Source: a virus
Length of the DNA stretch: 64,000 bases
IMG/VR virus record: IMGVR_UViG_3300010391_001464
Location: 26,145 to 90,144 of that record
Direction: 5' to 3' (one strand)
The translations under genes were made by a program, and so were the position numbers. How positions within the stretch are numbered: position 1 is the first letter of the stretch; each line of letters starts with the position of its first letter. The notes below the pieces were generated by a model. That model was not told where the DNA came from. It made no database searches and was given only the letters and a program-made list of their open reading frames with translations. Below, piece after piece: positions 1-10,110 of the stretch.

Positions 1-321
1 GGAAAAGAAATCCAAATAATGATGGACTCAGATTTAAATTATATTTGGGATTCTGATCAACAAAAACCACATTTGTACCTAGCTACATTATTAAAAGAAA
101 TTTTAAACTCAATAAAATTTGATAAAGAAGTTAGAACTGTATATCATCAATTCATTAAAGAGTTTACTGGATCTGGTTGGCATGGAGGAGACCCACAAGG
201 TAAATATATTTTACCTAGTGGTGCTGTCCTAAAAGAGACAATTGTAGGAACTATGGATATTTCTAAAGATATTGATATTAGAGATACTTTATTGATTACT
301 GAATGGACTAAAGGAAGATAA
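1..321 (+). CDS. Hypothetical protein, 3' part (frame open from the window edge)
   Basis: Frame of the 19..321 ORF has no stop back to base 1. Confidence 0.6.
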   Translation, partial: GKEIQIMMDSDLNYIWDSDQQKPHLYLATLLKEILNSIKFDKEVRTVYHQFIKEFTGSGWHGGDPQGKYILPSGAVLKETIVGTMDISKDIDIRDTLLITEWTKGR

Positions 322-356
322 AGATATAAAAACCATTAGTATGGAAAGGGGTATTT

Positions 357-695
357 ATGAAAATTAAAAGCGATTTTGTGACTAATAGTTCTAGTTCTTC
401 ATATATAGTATATATTCCTAAAAATGTAACATTTGATAAGTTAAAGATACAAGATAATATTGAAGGATCAAACTTGGCAAGTTTAGAAAAAGTTTATAAC
501 GAATTACTAAAATCTAAAAAGTTTAATGAATATGACAGTTCCGAAATATTTAGTACTCTTAGAACATTCTTATATAATAATAAGTTAATTGTGAGTTCAA
601 TAGATACGGGACCTGATTTTGGTTCTATTATATTGGTAGATTTAGAATCGATAAATAAAATAAATGAGAGGTTTTCTGATGATACGAATAGCTAA
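357..695 (+). CDS. 'FVTNSSS'-motif protein
   Basis: N-terminus MKIKSDFVTNSSSSSYIV; paralogous N-termini at 63166 and 63621. Confidence 0.8.
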   Translation: MKIKSDFVTNSSSSSYIVYIPKNVTFDKLKIQDNIEGSNLASLEKVYNELLKSKKFNEYDSSEIFSTLRTFLYNNKLIVSSIDTGPDFGSIILVDLESINKINERFSDDTNS

Positions 696-1700
696 CTGGT
701 TATTGACAAGAAGATGTAATCTTAAATGTTCTTATTGTGCTATTGCAATGGATTATCCTAAAATGCCATTAGAATATCCTGAAATGGCTCATTATTCAAA
801 ATATGAAATGAGAACTGAAATAGTATTAGATTATTTAGAAAGACTTAAAGCTCATAATCCAAATATGTTTCATATTTTCTATGGTGGTGAACCGCTCTTA
901 AGAAAGATCTTCCTGAAATAATTAAGTTTTGTAATGATAAAGATATTCAATATACTATTATTACAAATAACTCAAATGCTATTCAACCCGCTTTAAATGA
1001 ATTAGTACAAAAAGTTGGAACTTTAAAAGGACTAACTTCTTCAGTTGATCCTATAATTATGAGGTCTGACTATTCCGATTTAGATAGATTAAAGAAAAGT
1101 AAGGCTGGATTTGAAAGATTAACTGAATGGAAGAAAAAAATAAATGACGTAGTTGCAGAAGTAACAGTGGATGAAGAAATGCTAGATGATTTAATACCAT
1201 TAGTATCAATGTTAACCGAAAATGGTATTAGTAGTTCTATAACATTTGTGGATATTTCAAAAAGTAAATATTATGATTTTTCAAATATAACAGATGAAAA
1301 AGTACTAGTCAATAAGAGTGAAAAAGTAAGGAATATTCTTAAAGAATTGGAAAATGATAAATATGACGTTCATATGGCTAAAGAGCTATTGCCTAGGATT
1401 TATGATATATTACCATCAAATCTAGATTGTGGACTTGATAAGAATGTGCATAATTTAACCATAGATGCTGATGGGTCTGTCAGATTATGCCTTAGAGTTA
1501 GAGGATGTAAAACATCTGACCATTATCTAGATGAATATATTAACTATGATGGAAATATAAATGATAATCTATTATATAATATTAGAGAAGATAAAAAAGA
1601 GTTTTGTCTTAGATGTAATTGGACATGTGGAATCATGACATCTTTAATTGAAGAAGGAAGTTCAAATTATAATAAGTTAGTACATTCTGATAGGAGATAA
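679..1700 (+). CDS. Radical SAM protein with Cys-rich (SPASM/twitch-like) C-terminus; frameshift near 905
   Basis: CNLKCSYC (CxxxCxxC) and YGGEP; one added A gives RKDLPEIIKFC...YTIITN joining ORF 1059..1700; DADGSVRLC and CLRCNWTC. Confidence 0.85.
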
Positions 1701-1705
1701 TTATT

Positions 1706-2035
1706 ATGGCTAATGTAATTAAAACTGCAGTTGAATTTTTGCAAAGAGTTAAAGAAGGAGATTTTGTTTTAATTAAGTTTGTTAAAAAAGATGGTACTGA
1801 TAGAATTATGAAGGCCACTTTAAATTTTTTAAAAATACCAAATGATAAAAAACCTAAGGGAGTAGATTTAGTAAAAATTTTAAAACTACTTCAAAATAGC
1901 AAAATGCTTAGAGTTTTTGATATAGAAAAAATGGACTGGAGAACTGTACCATTTGAATCAGTTGAATGGTTAAAAACCTTGGATAAACAAAGAAAAATAA
2001 CAACATATACTATCGAAAAAAGAATAAAGGAATAA
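1706..2035 (+). CDS. WYL_2/DUF2693-like SH3 beta-barrel phage protein
   Basis: F.KKDG..R.M.ATL and VFD.EK.DWR motifs. Confidence 0.65.
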   Translation: MANVIKTAVEFLQRVKEGDFVLIKFVKKDGTDRIMKATLNFLKIPNDKKPKGVDLVKILKLLQNSKMLRVFDIEKMDWRTVPFESVEWLKTLDKQRKITTYTIEKRIKE

Positions 2036-2371
2036 TTGAAATTTATGAGAATAAAAAAGAATCTATCTCTCGCTATATTAGAAGTAGATACTAAAACAGG
2101 AAAACTTTGGTTAAATTCACCAGGATGTGTACTAAGAATTAGTGGAATAGAATTTATTAACAAATCTATAACAGATAAATTTTCTTTTATTGATATTATT
2201 GATAATAAAGCAGTATTAATAAAAGGAGAAGCATCATCTTATTTTGATGAAAACTTAAATGATTTTCTAATACAGTTAATTCAACTAATGCATTTAAATC
2301 TACAAGAAAAAACTAATATAATACAAAAACAATATTATAAAAAATTAATGAAAGTAATTAAAGAGTTTTAA
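2036..2371 (+). CDS. Hypothetical protein
   Basis: ORF track; abuts upstream gene. Confidence 0.55.
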   Translation: MKFMRIKKNLSLAILEVDTKTGKLWLNSPGCVLRISGIEFINKSITDKFSFIDIIDNKAVLIKGEASSYFDENLNDFLIQLIQLMHLNLQEKTNIIQKQYYKKLMKVIKEF

Positions 2372-2443
2372 GGAGTAAGATTAATAAAATATTATTTGTT
2401 TAAAATGTAGTAGAAGTGGTATTAGAATAACTTAAACCTCTTA

Positions 2444-2818
2444 TTGGAGAAAGTAGTGACAATTCTAGATGAAATTTTAAAAGAAATAAAAGAACCTGAT
2501 ATTGATAATAAAATTAGACAAATATGTGATAGAATAGCAGAAGAAGAAAAAGTAAAACATAGCCTCCCACCTGAAGCACCAAAAGGCCCAAATATTTTTC
2601 TAGTTCTAGAAACTTTCCCAATTAGTAACTATGATAAAAATTATACATTTTTGACATTAGAACGAGAGTCGTACGGAAAATATATAATTGGAGTTTGGAA
2701 AGAAATTGAAATTGGAAAAGTTAGAAGAGTTAGAGTAATAGATATTAATGAAGACGACCCGAAAAGAATTATAAGAAAATATGCAGAGAAATACAAAGTT
2801 ATGACTATTAAAAAATAA
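2444..2818 (+). CDS. Hypothetical protein
   Basis: ORF track. Confidence 0.55.
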   Translation: MEKVVTILDEILKEIKEPDIDNKIRQICDRIAEEEKVKHSLPPEAPKGPNIFLVLETFPISNYDKNYTFLTLERESYGKYIIGVWKEIEIGKVRRVRVIDINEDDPKRIIRKYAEKYKVMTIKK

Positions 2819-2902
2819 CTGAAAGGGTAAAAATATGTCCATTCCGAAACCTATAGAAAATAATACAAAAGAAGTAGAAATTAAAATTAAAAGAATAAAG
2901 AT

Positions 2903-5536
2903 ATGATGAATTCAAATTCTATATTAATATCTCCCAATCAAGTAAGTATAGTATCAACTGATTTATTTTATACACATGTTGGAGAATCTAGTGTTGTTGA
3001 TCCAGTGGCTAGAACAGTAAAAAAAGTGATAAATAGTGAAGATTTTATACGTAAAGTTTCTTCTAGAATGTATCCAGACACATCTAGTAAACTTCTTCCG
3101 CCTAATTGTAGATATCATAAATCTCTACCAAATAATCGAAGTATAGTTGTTATAGAAGAACAACCTCAAATGAGAACTATTTTAACTAGTAATCAAGTTA
3201 GTAGAGATATTGAAGCTTTAAAGAAAACTGGAGCATGGGAACAATATGGATATAAGGGTCTTGAAAATACAAAATATGGTTTAGGGGATGGTTCATCATT
3301 TAAATTTACTTTATCTTTTCCATATATAGTATATATTATGTCATTTAATGGAAATGATTTATGCAATATGACTATATATTTCAGACTGTCTCCTATAACT
3401 ACATTGAATGATTATTTATTATTAGCCCCTTTACATAATATACCACAAGATCAAAGAATATGTTTAGGTTCATGGAGGGACTCCAAAACTATATCTGGTT
3501 CAGTATCCGAAGAAGTAGAAAAGGTAATAACTACTTTTTGGTCTGGAGTATTTAATATGGATTATACAAATAATTGTCTAAAATACTCAGACGTGTATGA
3601 ATTAAGCAACTATTTTGTATGGCAATATTTCTCAAAAACTAATCCAATGTTTATTTTTAAAGTTAAATGGCATCAATGGAATAGTAATTTAATTACTGAA
3701 GTAAAACGTCTTCAGAGTATTCTTGGAGTTGGTACTAATACTGTGCCGTTTAGTTTTCCAGCTCTATGTGATGTATTATTATCTCCTACATTAGTTGCTG
3801 AAGAGGAAAAATCTCCTGATGTAAAGTTTCCTCTTTTTGAAAATTTTGTGGAGTCAATACATCTAGGAAACGGAAGTCTCTCAATTGGAGATGACATTGT
3901 TTATCTAGGAAAAAAATATTATATAACAGACTTTTTGGGAAATGTTAATTACAGTAATAGTCCCAGTTATATAGTTTTTACAGATGAAGAAGGTAAAAAG
4001 GATTCACTTAAATTAGACAGTAATACTAAAACAGAATTAAATAGTGTATTTGCTACAACAAAAGAATCAAAAACTATTAAATTACCTGCTTGTGGAGTTA
4101 CTATAAATATTGGAGATATAGTAGAATTTACTGTAGATGAAACATTTAAAGGATATAGAAAAGTTGAAAATATCAGACTAGGTCTTGATAAGAGAAACCA
4201 TATTAGACTAGGGAATGACTATTATTTTGCAGATTCTTTAAAAGTAAAAATTCTTGACTTAAGTAAAGGTATTGAACTACCTAACGGAACTACTATTATA
4301 ATCGGCAATACATATTCATTTTTAGTAGATATAGGAACTTCATTACCAATTAAAAGAATTTTTGATGTAAAAGTTGAAGAATATATAGTACAAAGTGATA
4401 AATTAGCCATTAAAATAAGATACTTAGAAGGTGGAAGACTTGAAATTCATGATATCCATAATCTTTCCAATTTAGGAAATATTATTGATTTTTCTAAATT
4501 AGAAATAGTAGAATATAAAGAGAAAGTATTAAGACTTGGATTTAATTTACTAGACTTTAAAAAATCAATATTTGAAAAAGCATATATAGATACTAACAAT
4601 TTAGATTTATATGTTAAATATACTCGAGCAGCATCAGAAAATTATGGAACTTATCCGATACAACAATATTTAAGTCAAAACTTCCCTCCATCTATAAATG
4701 ATATATTAATCGAAAATAGACAAAGATTATTTATTCCTAGTTTTGAATTTAATATAGATTTTAAAATTGGAGATAATGTAGTAGTTGCTGATTGGTCTAA
4801 TCCTCAAGAAATATTAAAAGTAAGAACTATTCAAGGATTTACTTTCGATGAGTCAACATATCTTTTAAATATAATTGTTAATGATCCAATAACTAATACT
4901 TCAAAGGTAGTTCCTTATGTAAATCTAGATCTAAGATTAGTAAAAGTTGGAAGTGTTAGAAAAGTATCTATAAAGCAAAGTTCTTATGAGATAGGAGATC
5001 AAATAAGAGCAATGTCAAGAGGAATTGCAGATTTTCCAATGAAAGATACTGTTTCTATTGTAGCATTTTTAATTGATACTGGAATTGAACCAATGGTGTT
5101 ATGTTCAAATTTAGCAACTATATGGTTCAGTGATTTGAGGAAACATTTTGCTAAAGTTCCTGGTAAGAATATAACAATAGATCCATCTACATTTAAGAAG
5201 TTTACAACAAGTCCAGGAAATATGGTAATACTTGGAAGAGATAGTTCTTGTCCATGTTTTATATTAGAATATACAAAATCTCCACAAGATGTAGAAATTA
5301 TGGAACAAGAGAAATTATTTAGACCAAGACTTATTGATCCACAAAAAGGAGGTTCTGTTTGTAGTGCTGAAGGATCATTAACCTATCATTTACCATATGG
5401 AATTCCAATTCCAAGACTAAGCCAAGCAGAATATATGAGTAAAAAATTACAAAAATGTTATATGAATGCACATGGTAGTTATATAAAGAATAAAAATTCA
5501 CAATATGGAATAAGAGCTACTAAGTTTATGAATTAA
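2903..5536 (+). CDS. Large protein with N-terminal prokaryotic E2 family D-like (PRTRC protein B-like) domain
   Basis: LSFPYIVY...LLLAPLHNI...RICLG...TTFWSGVFN pattern; adjacent to JAB and ThiF genes. Confidence 0.65.
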   Translation: MMNSNSILISPNQVSIVSTDLFYTHVGESSVVDPVARTVKKVINSEDFIRKVSSRMYPDTSSKLLPPNCRYHKSLPNNRSIVVIEEQPQMRTILTSNQVSRDIEALKKTGAWEQYGYKGLENTKYGLGDGSSFKFTLSFPYIVYIMSFNGNDLCNMTIYFRLSPITTLNDYLLLAPLHNIPQDQRICLGSWRDSKTISGSVSEEVEKVITTFWSGVFNMDYTNNCLKYSDVYELSNYFVWQYFSKTNPMFIFKVKWHQWNSNLITEVKRLQSILGVGTNTVPFSFPALCDVLLSPTLVAEEEKSPDVKFPLFENFVESIHLGNGSLSIGDDIVYLGKKYYITDFLGNVNYSNSPSYIVFTDEEGKKDSLKLDSNTKTELNSVFATTKESKTIKLPACGVTINIGDIVEFTVDETFKGYRKVENIRLGLDKRNHIRLGNDYYFADSLKVKILDLSKGIELPNGTTIIIGNTYSFLVDIGTSLPIKRIFDVKVEEYIVQSDKLAIKIRYLEGGRLEIHDIHNLSNLGNIIDFSKLEIVEYKEKVLRLGFNLLDFKKSIFEKAYIDTNNLDLYVKYTRAASENYGTYPIQQYLSQNFPPSINDILIENRQRLFIPSFEFNIDFKIGDNVVVADWSNPQEILKVRTIQGFTFDESTYLLNIIVNDPITNTSKVVPYVNLDLRLVKVGSVRKVSIKQSSYEIGDQIRAMSRGIADFPMKDTVSIVAFLIDTGIEPMVLCSNLATIWFSDLRKHFAKVPGKNITIDPSTFKKFTTSPGNMVILGRDSSCPCFILEYTKSPQDVEIMEQEKLFRPRLIDPQKGGSVCSAEGSLTYHLPYGIPIPRLSQAEYMSKKLQKCYMNAHGSYIKNKNSQYGIRATKFMN

Positions 5537-5546
5537 TGGAGGATTA

Positions 5547-6743
5547 ATGTTTAACGTACATATTAATGATGGATCTAAACCAATACCCAATGATGATATT
5601 TGTTATATTATTGGAAAAGATGGAATATATTTAAAGAAAAAATTAGGAATGGTTGAAAGTTGTACAAAAGTTGATAATATTTCAATATTAAATCCAGTAA
5701 ATATATATGGAAAGATACATCTTCCTAAAATACCATCTAAAGTATTTTGTAAAGTAGTCTCTTTCTTTAGAGCAGCATATGAGAAATATAAAGGTGAGTC
5801 AGCTATAGTTTTATATTTCAATGAAAAAAAGAATCAATATAAAATTGTAGTACCAGAACAAAAAGTTTCTGGTGTTGCAGTTGATTATGAAGTTGATACA
5901 GAACAGACTGTTCCTGGATATAAATTAGTAGGTACTATTCATAGTCATGCCAATTTTGGCGCTTTTCATTCAGGAACAGATCAAAATGATGAAAAGAATT
6001 TTGATGGACTTCATATAACTGTAGGAAATGTAGCCGAACCTGATGGGTCATTTTCTTTATCTACTTCTGTAGTTATAAATGCTTCAAGATTTATTGAAAA
6101 ATCTGAAGATTATTTAGAAGATGTTATTTCTACAGATGGCGAAAAGAAAACATTTGTTGTAGAAGGAAAAATATATGAATATATATCTCAGGCTAATAAA
6201 GATAGATTTATATTTAAAGATAATGTAAAAGATGAAGATTTTGAATTCAACCCAAAATGGATGGATAAGGTTGAAGCAAAGAAATATATTACATATTATA
6301 GTGCTGGAAATAGTTATACACCACATTGGCAAAATTGGTTCGATCATGATGATTATGATCGAATGATGCAATATAGAAAAGATGCTCCTTATCGATATAA
6401 AGGCAAATATTGTTATAAAAATGCTAATGGAAAACATAGTAAGAAAAACGGTAATAGGAGAAACGATAATATTATACAATTTCCTAATGAGAAGCATGAA
6501 GAAGATTTACAAATTAATATGTTTAAATTAAATGAAGCAGAAAGAAATACTCAAACTGATGTTCCATGTGAGAAATGCATCTATAAAGATTTAAAATTAG
6601 ATATTATAATTGATGAAATAGATGAACAAGCTGAAGAATTAAAAGAGGAAAAAGATGAGTTAAGACAATATGTTAGACAAATGTATCCAGATTTACCAGA
6701 TAATGAGGTAGATAAAGTAATGGAGGGTATGCATTTTGAATAA
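5547..6743 (+). CDS. JAB/JAMM (MPN+) metalloprotease
   Basis: Upstream Glu (GESAIVL) plus HSHANFGAFHSGTD = HxH-x7-S-x2-D. Confidence 0.88.
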   Translation: MFNVHINDGSKPIPNDDICYIIGKDGIYLKKKLGMVESCTKVDNISILNPVNIYGKIHLPKIPSKVFCKVVSFFRAAYEKYKGESAIVLYFNEKKNQYKIVVPEQKVSGVAVDYEVDTEQTVPGYKLVGTIHSHANFGAFHSGTDQNDEKNFDGLHITVGNVAEPDGSFSLSTSVVINASRFIEKSEDYLEDVISTDGEKKTFVVEGKIYEYISQANKDRFIFKDNVKDEDFEFNPKWMDKVEAKKYITYYSAGNSYTPHWQNWFDHDDYDRMMQYRKDAPYRYKGKYCYKNANGKHSKKNGNRRNDNIIQFPNEKHEEDLQINMFKLNEAERNTQTDVPCEKCIYKDLKLDIIIDEIDEQAEELKEEKDELRQYVRQMYPDLPDNEVDKVMEGMHFE

Positions 6744-7434
6744 TATTAAAATAGTAGGTTTGGGTGGTATTGGGTCTGTACTAATAGAATCTATTTCAAG
6801 ATTTTTAAACTATTCCATTCAATCACAAGATCCTATATATATAACTTTAATAGATGGAGATGTTTTTGAATCAAAAAATTATGAAAGACAAATCTTTCAT
6901 ATGTTAGGTAATAAGGCCGAAGTTAAAACTAAAGAACTTCAAATGAAATTTGATAGAGTAAATTTTAAGGCCATAAATTCTTTTGTTAATTCAGAAAATA
7001 TTTCAAGTATAATTTCGAACGGTGATATATTGTTTTTATGTGTTGATAATCATAAGACAAGAAAATGTGTATCAGATTTCTGTAAAACTTTAGAAAATGT
7101 TACTTTAATAAGTGGTGGTAATGAAATTACAGATGGTAATGTTCAAGTCTTTATAAGAAGGGAGGGAAAAGATTTAACTTCATCACTAACTGATTATCAT
7201 CCTGAGATAGAAAATCCTACAGATAAATCTCCAGATGAAATGAGTTGTGAAGAATTAAGTAAATCAGCACCACAACTATTTTTTACTAATCTAACTGTAG
7301 CAACTATTATGTGTTGGACATTTTTTAACTTTGTAGCAAATAATAAAGTCACAACATATTCAGAAATATATTTTGATATTAAAACAATGAGCACGTTACC
7401 AAAATTTAGAAAAGTGAAACAAAAAGCAGCTTAA
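6736..7434 (+). CDS. ThiF/E1-like adenylyltransferase
   Basis: VGLGGIGS, IDGD..E.KN..RQ, NKAE, CVDN...R, candidate catalytic Cys in MSCEE. Confidence 0.9.
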   Translation: MNNIKIVGLGGIGSVLIESISRFLNYSIQSQDPIYITLIDGDVFESKNYERQIFHMLGNKAEVKTKELQMKFDRVNFKAINSFVNSENISSIISNGDILFLCVDNHKTRKCVSDFCKTLENVTLISGGNEITDGNVQVFIRREGKDLTSSLTDYHPEIENPTDKSPDEMSCEELSKSAPQLFFTNLTVATIMCWTFFNFVANNKVTTYSEIYFDIKTMSTLPKFRKVKQKAA

Positions 7435-7550
7435 ATAAACTTTTTAAATTCAAACAGTCCTTATTTTAAAATGATAATTATTATGTTTATTTTCTTAAAA
7501 GATTCCTAATTATCATAAACCTTTATAAACAAAAAATTAGGAGATATAGA

Positions 7551-8111
7551 ATGGATAGTAAGTATACCTATGAGAATCTTGAAGTAATGACAGTTGCAGA
7601 ATTAAAGGGAATTGTAAAGGAACTTGGTGTTACTGGTTATAGTAAGTCCACAAAATATGATATTATTGATATGATTCTTTCAGAACAGGGAGTAGAAGTA
7701 ACTCAAGAAAATTTAGCAGAGAAGACTATTGCAGAGTTAAAAGACATTGCAAGAAATCTTGATATGAAGGTTGAGAAGGGTGTTACCAAGGCAGATTTAT
7801 TAAACAGAATTCTTGCAGTAGATGCAGGCGGTAAGGATGAAGTACATGCATTCGGTGGTAACATAGAAGCAGCACATAATATGGTTCAGGGTGGTCCTGC
7901 AACTATTACCGTATCATGTGGTGCTTCTGGTGGTAAATTTCCTGTTATCGGAAAGACAGTTAATGCAGTTGCAGATTTCTTAAAAGAAATCCTCAACATT
8001 GATCCGACCGCAACAGCCATGGTTAACGGCGAGTCAGTCAAAGGAAACTTTGTACTCGGTGAGGGTGACAACGTCGAATTTGTAAAGCAAGCTGGATCAA
8101 AAGGCTGCTAA
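7551..8111 (+). CDS. Ubiquitin-like (beta-grasp) protein with two N-terminal Rho-N/HeH-like repeats
   Basis: Repeats ENLEVMTVAELKGIVKELGV / ENLAEKTIAELKDIARNLDM; C-terminal AMVNGE...VLGEGDNVEFVKQAGSKGC (ThiS/MoaD/Prok_Ub-like); SD AGGAG. Confidence 0.8.
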   Translation: MDSKYTYENLEVMTVAELKGIVKELGVTGYSKSTKYDIIDMILSEQGVEVTQENLAEKTIAELKDIARNLDMKVEKGVTKADLLNRILAVDAGGKDEVHAFGGNIEAAHNMVQGGPATITVSCGASGGKFPVIGKTVNAVADFLKEILNIDPTATAMVNGESVKGNFVLGEGDNVEFVKQAGSKGC

Positions 8112-8118
8112 TTAAATA

Positions 8119-8161
8119 AAAATCCGAGGATTTAAAAATAGTACAAATCCTCGGGTTTTTT
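8119..8161 (+). terminator. Intrinsic terminator after the Ubl gene
   Basis: CCGAGGATTT...AAATCCTCGG stem followed by a T-run. Confidence 0.75.
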
Positions 8162-8281
8162 AATTGAAAAATTAAAAAAATAATTTAAAATAATACAAAA
8201 ATATGCTTCAAAATATAAAATAAATTCGGAATCTAACTGTTTTAATAAGAACATAATAAATGATATGGAGGTGCAAAAATT

Positions 8282-9223
8282 TTGCATCAAGATATAGAAA
8301 GAATAAAAACTGTAAATGAGTTCTTAGAAAAAACTTCTACAACTACATATATTACTATATGTGTTATAGGGATAGGAACTCTAGGTGGATTTCTTTCTAG
8401 ATGCATCTCTGACCTGGAAGAAGTAACTGAATTATGCATAATTGATTATGATATTATAGAAGAAAAGAATTTAATAAATTCAATATACACATATGAAGAT
8501 CTGGGGCAGTATAAAGTAGATGCATTAGAAAGAATAATTAAAAGAGAGAATAAGAATATAAATATAACAAAAATAAACGAGAGATATATTGAAAGTAAAA
8601 CGATTCTACCGAAGAAATATGATTTAGTTTTAGATTGTAGAGATTTTACTTATGACAGACTAAAAGAAATATCTGCTCGATTATATATTACATCAAGATA
8701 TCTTATTATCGATTGTAGAAAAAATGTAACATATGATACTCATACAGAAGGAAAGTATTTATCTTTTTTAAGTAAAAATGATTTAAGATATGCAAGCGTT
8801 GAAGCAACAATGTTGATTATTAAAGGTGGTTTAAAGTTACTTATAGAAAATGAGTCAGTTATGTCAATTGAACTAGATCATCTAGATAGAAAAGTACATG
8901 ATGACATTTCAAAATCAAAAGAAGTAGATATTATATATGAGCCTCACCAAAATGAAAAAAGATTCGTTAATTTAAAAGAAGTATTTAATTTGATAATCGA
9001 ATATAATAAACTAAACGATTTAGTCATATGCTTGGGCAGTAAAAACGATTCCAATATAGATAAACTTGTTCAAAGGTCAAGTCTAAAAAGTTATCAAGAT
9101 GTTTTACAAGTTTTAATGCCGCTAGTTTCTCTTCCCTATACACATTCAAGCTATCTAATTAAATTACAGATAGTAGATAATAAATATTATATTGAATTAT
9201 TACCTGACACAGGAGCCGCGTAA
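8282..9223 (+). CDS. Second ThiF/E1-like protein
   Basis: IGIGTLGG, IDYD.IE.KNL, YKVDAL, LDCRD; TTG start after GGAGGT. Confidence 0.8.
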   Translation: MHQDIERIKTVNEFLEKTSTTTYITICVIGIGTLGGFLSRCISDLEEVTELCIIDYDIIEEKNLINSIYTYEDLGQYKVDALERIIKRENKNINITKINERYIESKTILPKKYDLVLDCRDFTYDRLKEISARLYITSRYLIIDCRKNVTYDTHTEGKYLSFLSKNDLRYASVEATMLIIKGGLKLLIENESVMSIELDHLDRKVHDDISKSKEVDIIYEPHQNEKRFVNLKEVFNLIIEYNKLNDLVICLGSKNDSNIDKLVQRSSLKSYQDVLQVLMPLVSLPYTHSSYLIKLQIVDNKYYIELLPDTGAA

Positions 9224-9910
9224 ATGATCCCATTCAAACACGAAAAAGTAGGAGACATTGAAAGCTTCAACTTTAATATAGAAATAGTTCCGGAATTTAT
9301 ACAATATCAAGGAAAGATTAAGAAAATTGTAAAAATACCAAATGACTATTTCAAGATTAGAGAGTTTAGAATTATAGTAAACAAAAATGTAGTTGAAGAT
9401 TTAATTATAATGAATGCATTTCATCCAAATGCAACTCCAAATCCTAATGAAGTAGGACTAAAATTTGGAGAAACACCACCTTATATTCAATTTTTCTGTC
9501 TTCCAGAAAATTTGAAGAATAAAGATATGGGAATAGATTTTAATATTGAGCATTATATAGAATATTTTATCCAAATGTTAAAAACATATAACTATGATTC
9601 ATCTTATTGGATAAGATGGAATGGATTTACTCTAATTGATTATGAACATGTGATAGATAAAGATGATAAAAAGTTAGAGAAAAAAGGTAAGAAGGAAAAT
9701 CTTAAGTCTGCTTTAAAAGACTTAGGTACTTATGTAATATCAGATACTACTAATGCAGCTAAAAAATCATTATCAGAAGTAGTTTCATCTGATAATTTTA
9801 GGTTTCCTAGAAGTTCTTTTGAACTGGAATTGAGGATGGATCAACTATTATTACAACTAGAAAGAAATTTAATATTAGCGTTGCAACGGAGATTAGATGG
9901 TAAACAATAA
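9224..9910 (+). CDS. Putative E2/UBC-like protein
   Basis: AFHPN...FFCLP...MLKTYNYDS resembles the UBC HPN motif and catalytic Cys; abuts ThiF gene. Confidence 0.45.
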   Translation: MIPFKHEKVGDIESFNFNIEIVPEFIQYQGKIKKIVKIPNDYFKIREFRIIVNKNVVEDLIIMNAFHPNATPNPNEVGLKFGETPPYIQFFCLPENLKNKDMGIDFNIEHYIEYFIQMLKTYNYDSSYWIRWNGFTLIDYEHVIDKDDKKLEKKGKKENLKSALKDLGTYVISDTTNAAKKSLSEVVSSDNFRFPRSSFELELRMDQLLLQLERNLILALQRRLDGKQ

Positions 9911-10091
9911 AGAAGATTCATTAGAAGTAGTTATAAGAAAAATGATTCATAAAGAATTAGAAATAGTTGAACGAGAAAAGGTTGACCAACTTGTAAAAGA
10001 ATTAATTCCTGAGTTAGATAAATTAATTTGTATTAAGGTTAAAGAACATCTAAAAGGAATTGCAGAATTTATATTAGAAAAGACTAAGTAA
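9897..10091 (+). CDS. Small hypothetical protein
   Basis: ORF track, SD GGAG. Confidence 0.55.
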   Translation: MVNNKEDSLEVVIRKMIHKELEIVEREKVDQLVKELIPELDKLICIKVKEHLKGIAEFILEKTK

Positions 10092-10110
10092 TATATGGGG
10101 AGGTTTATGG

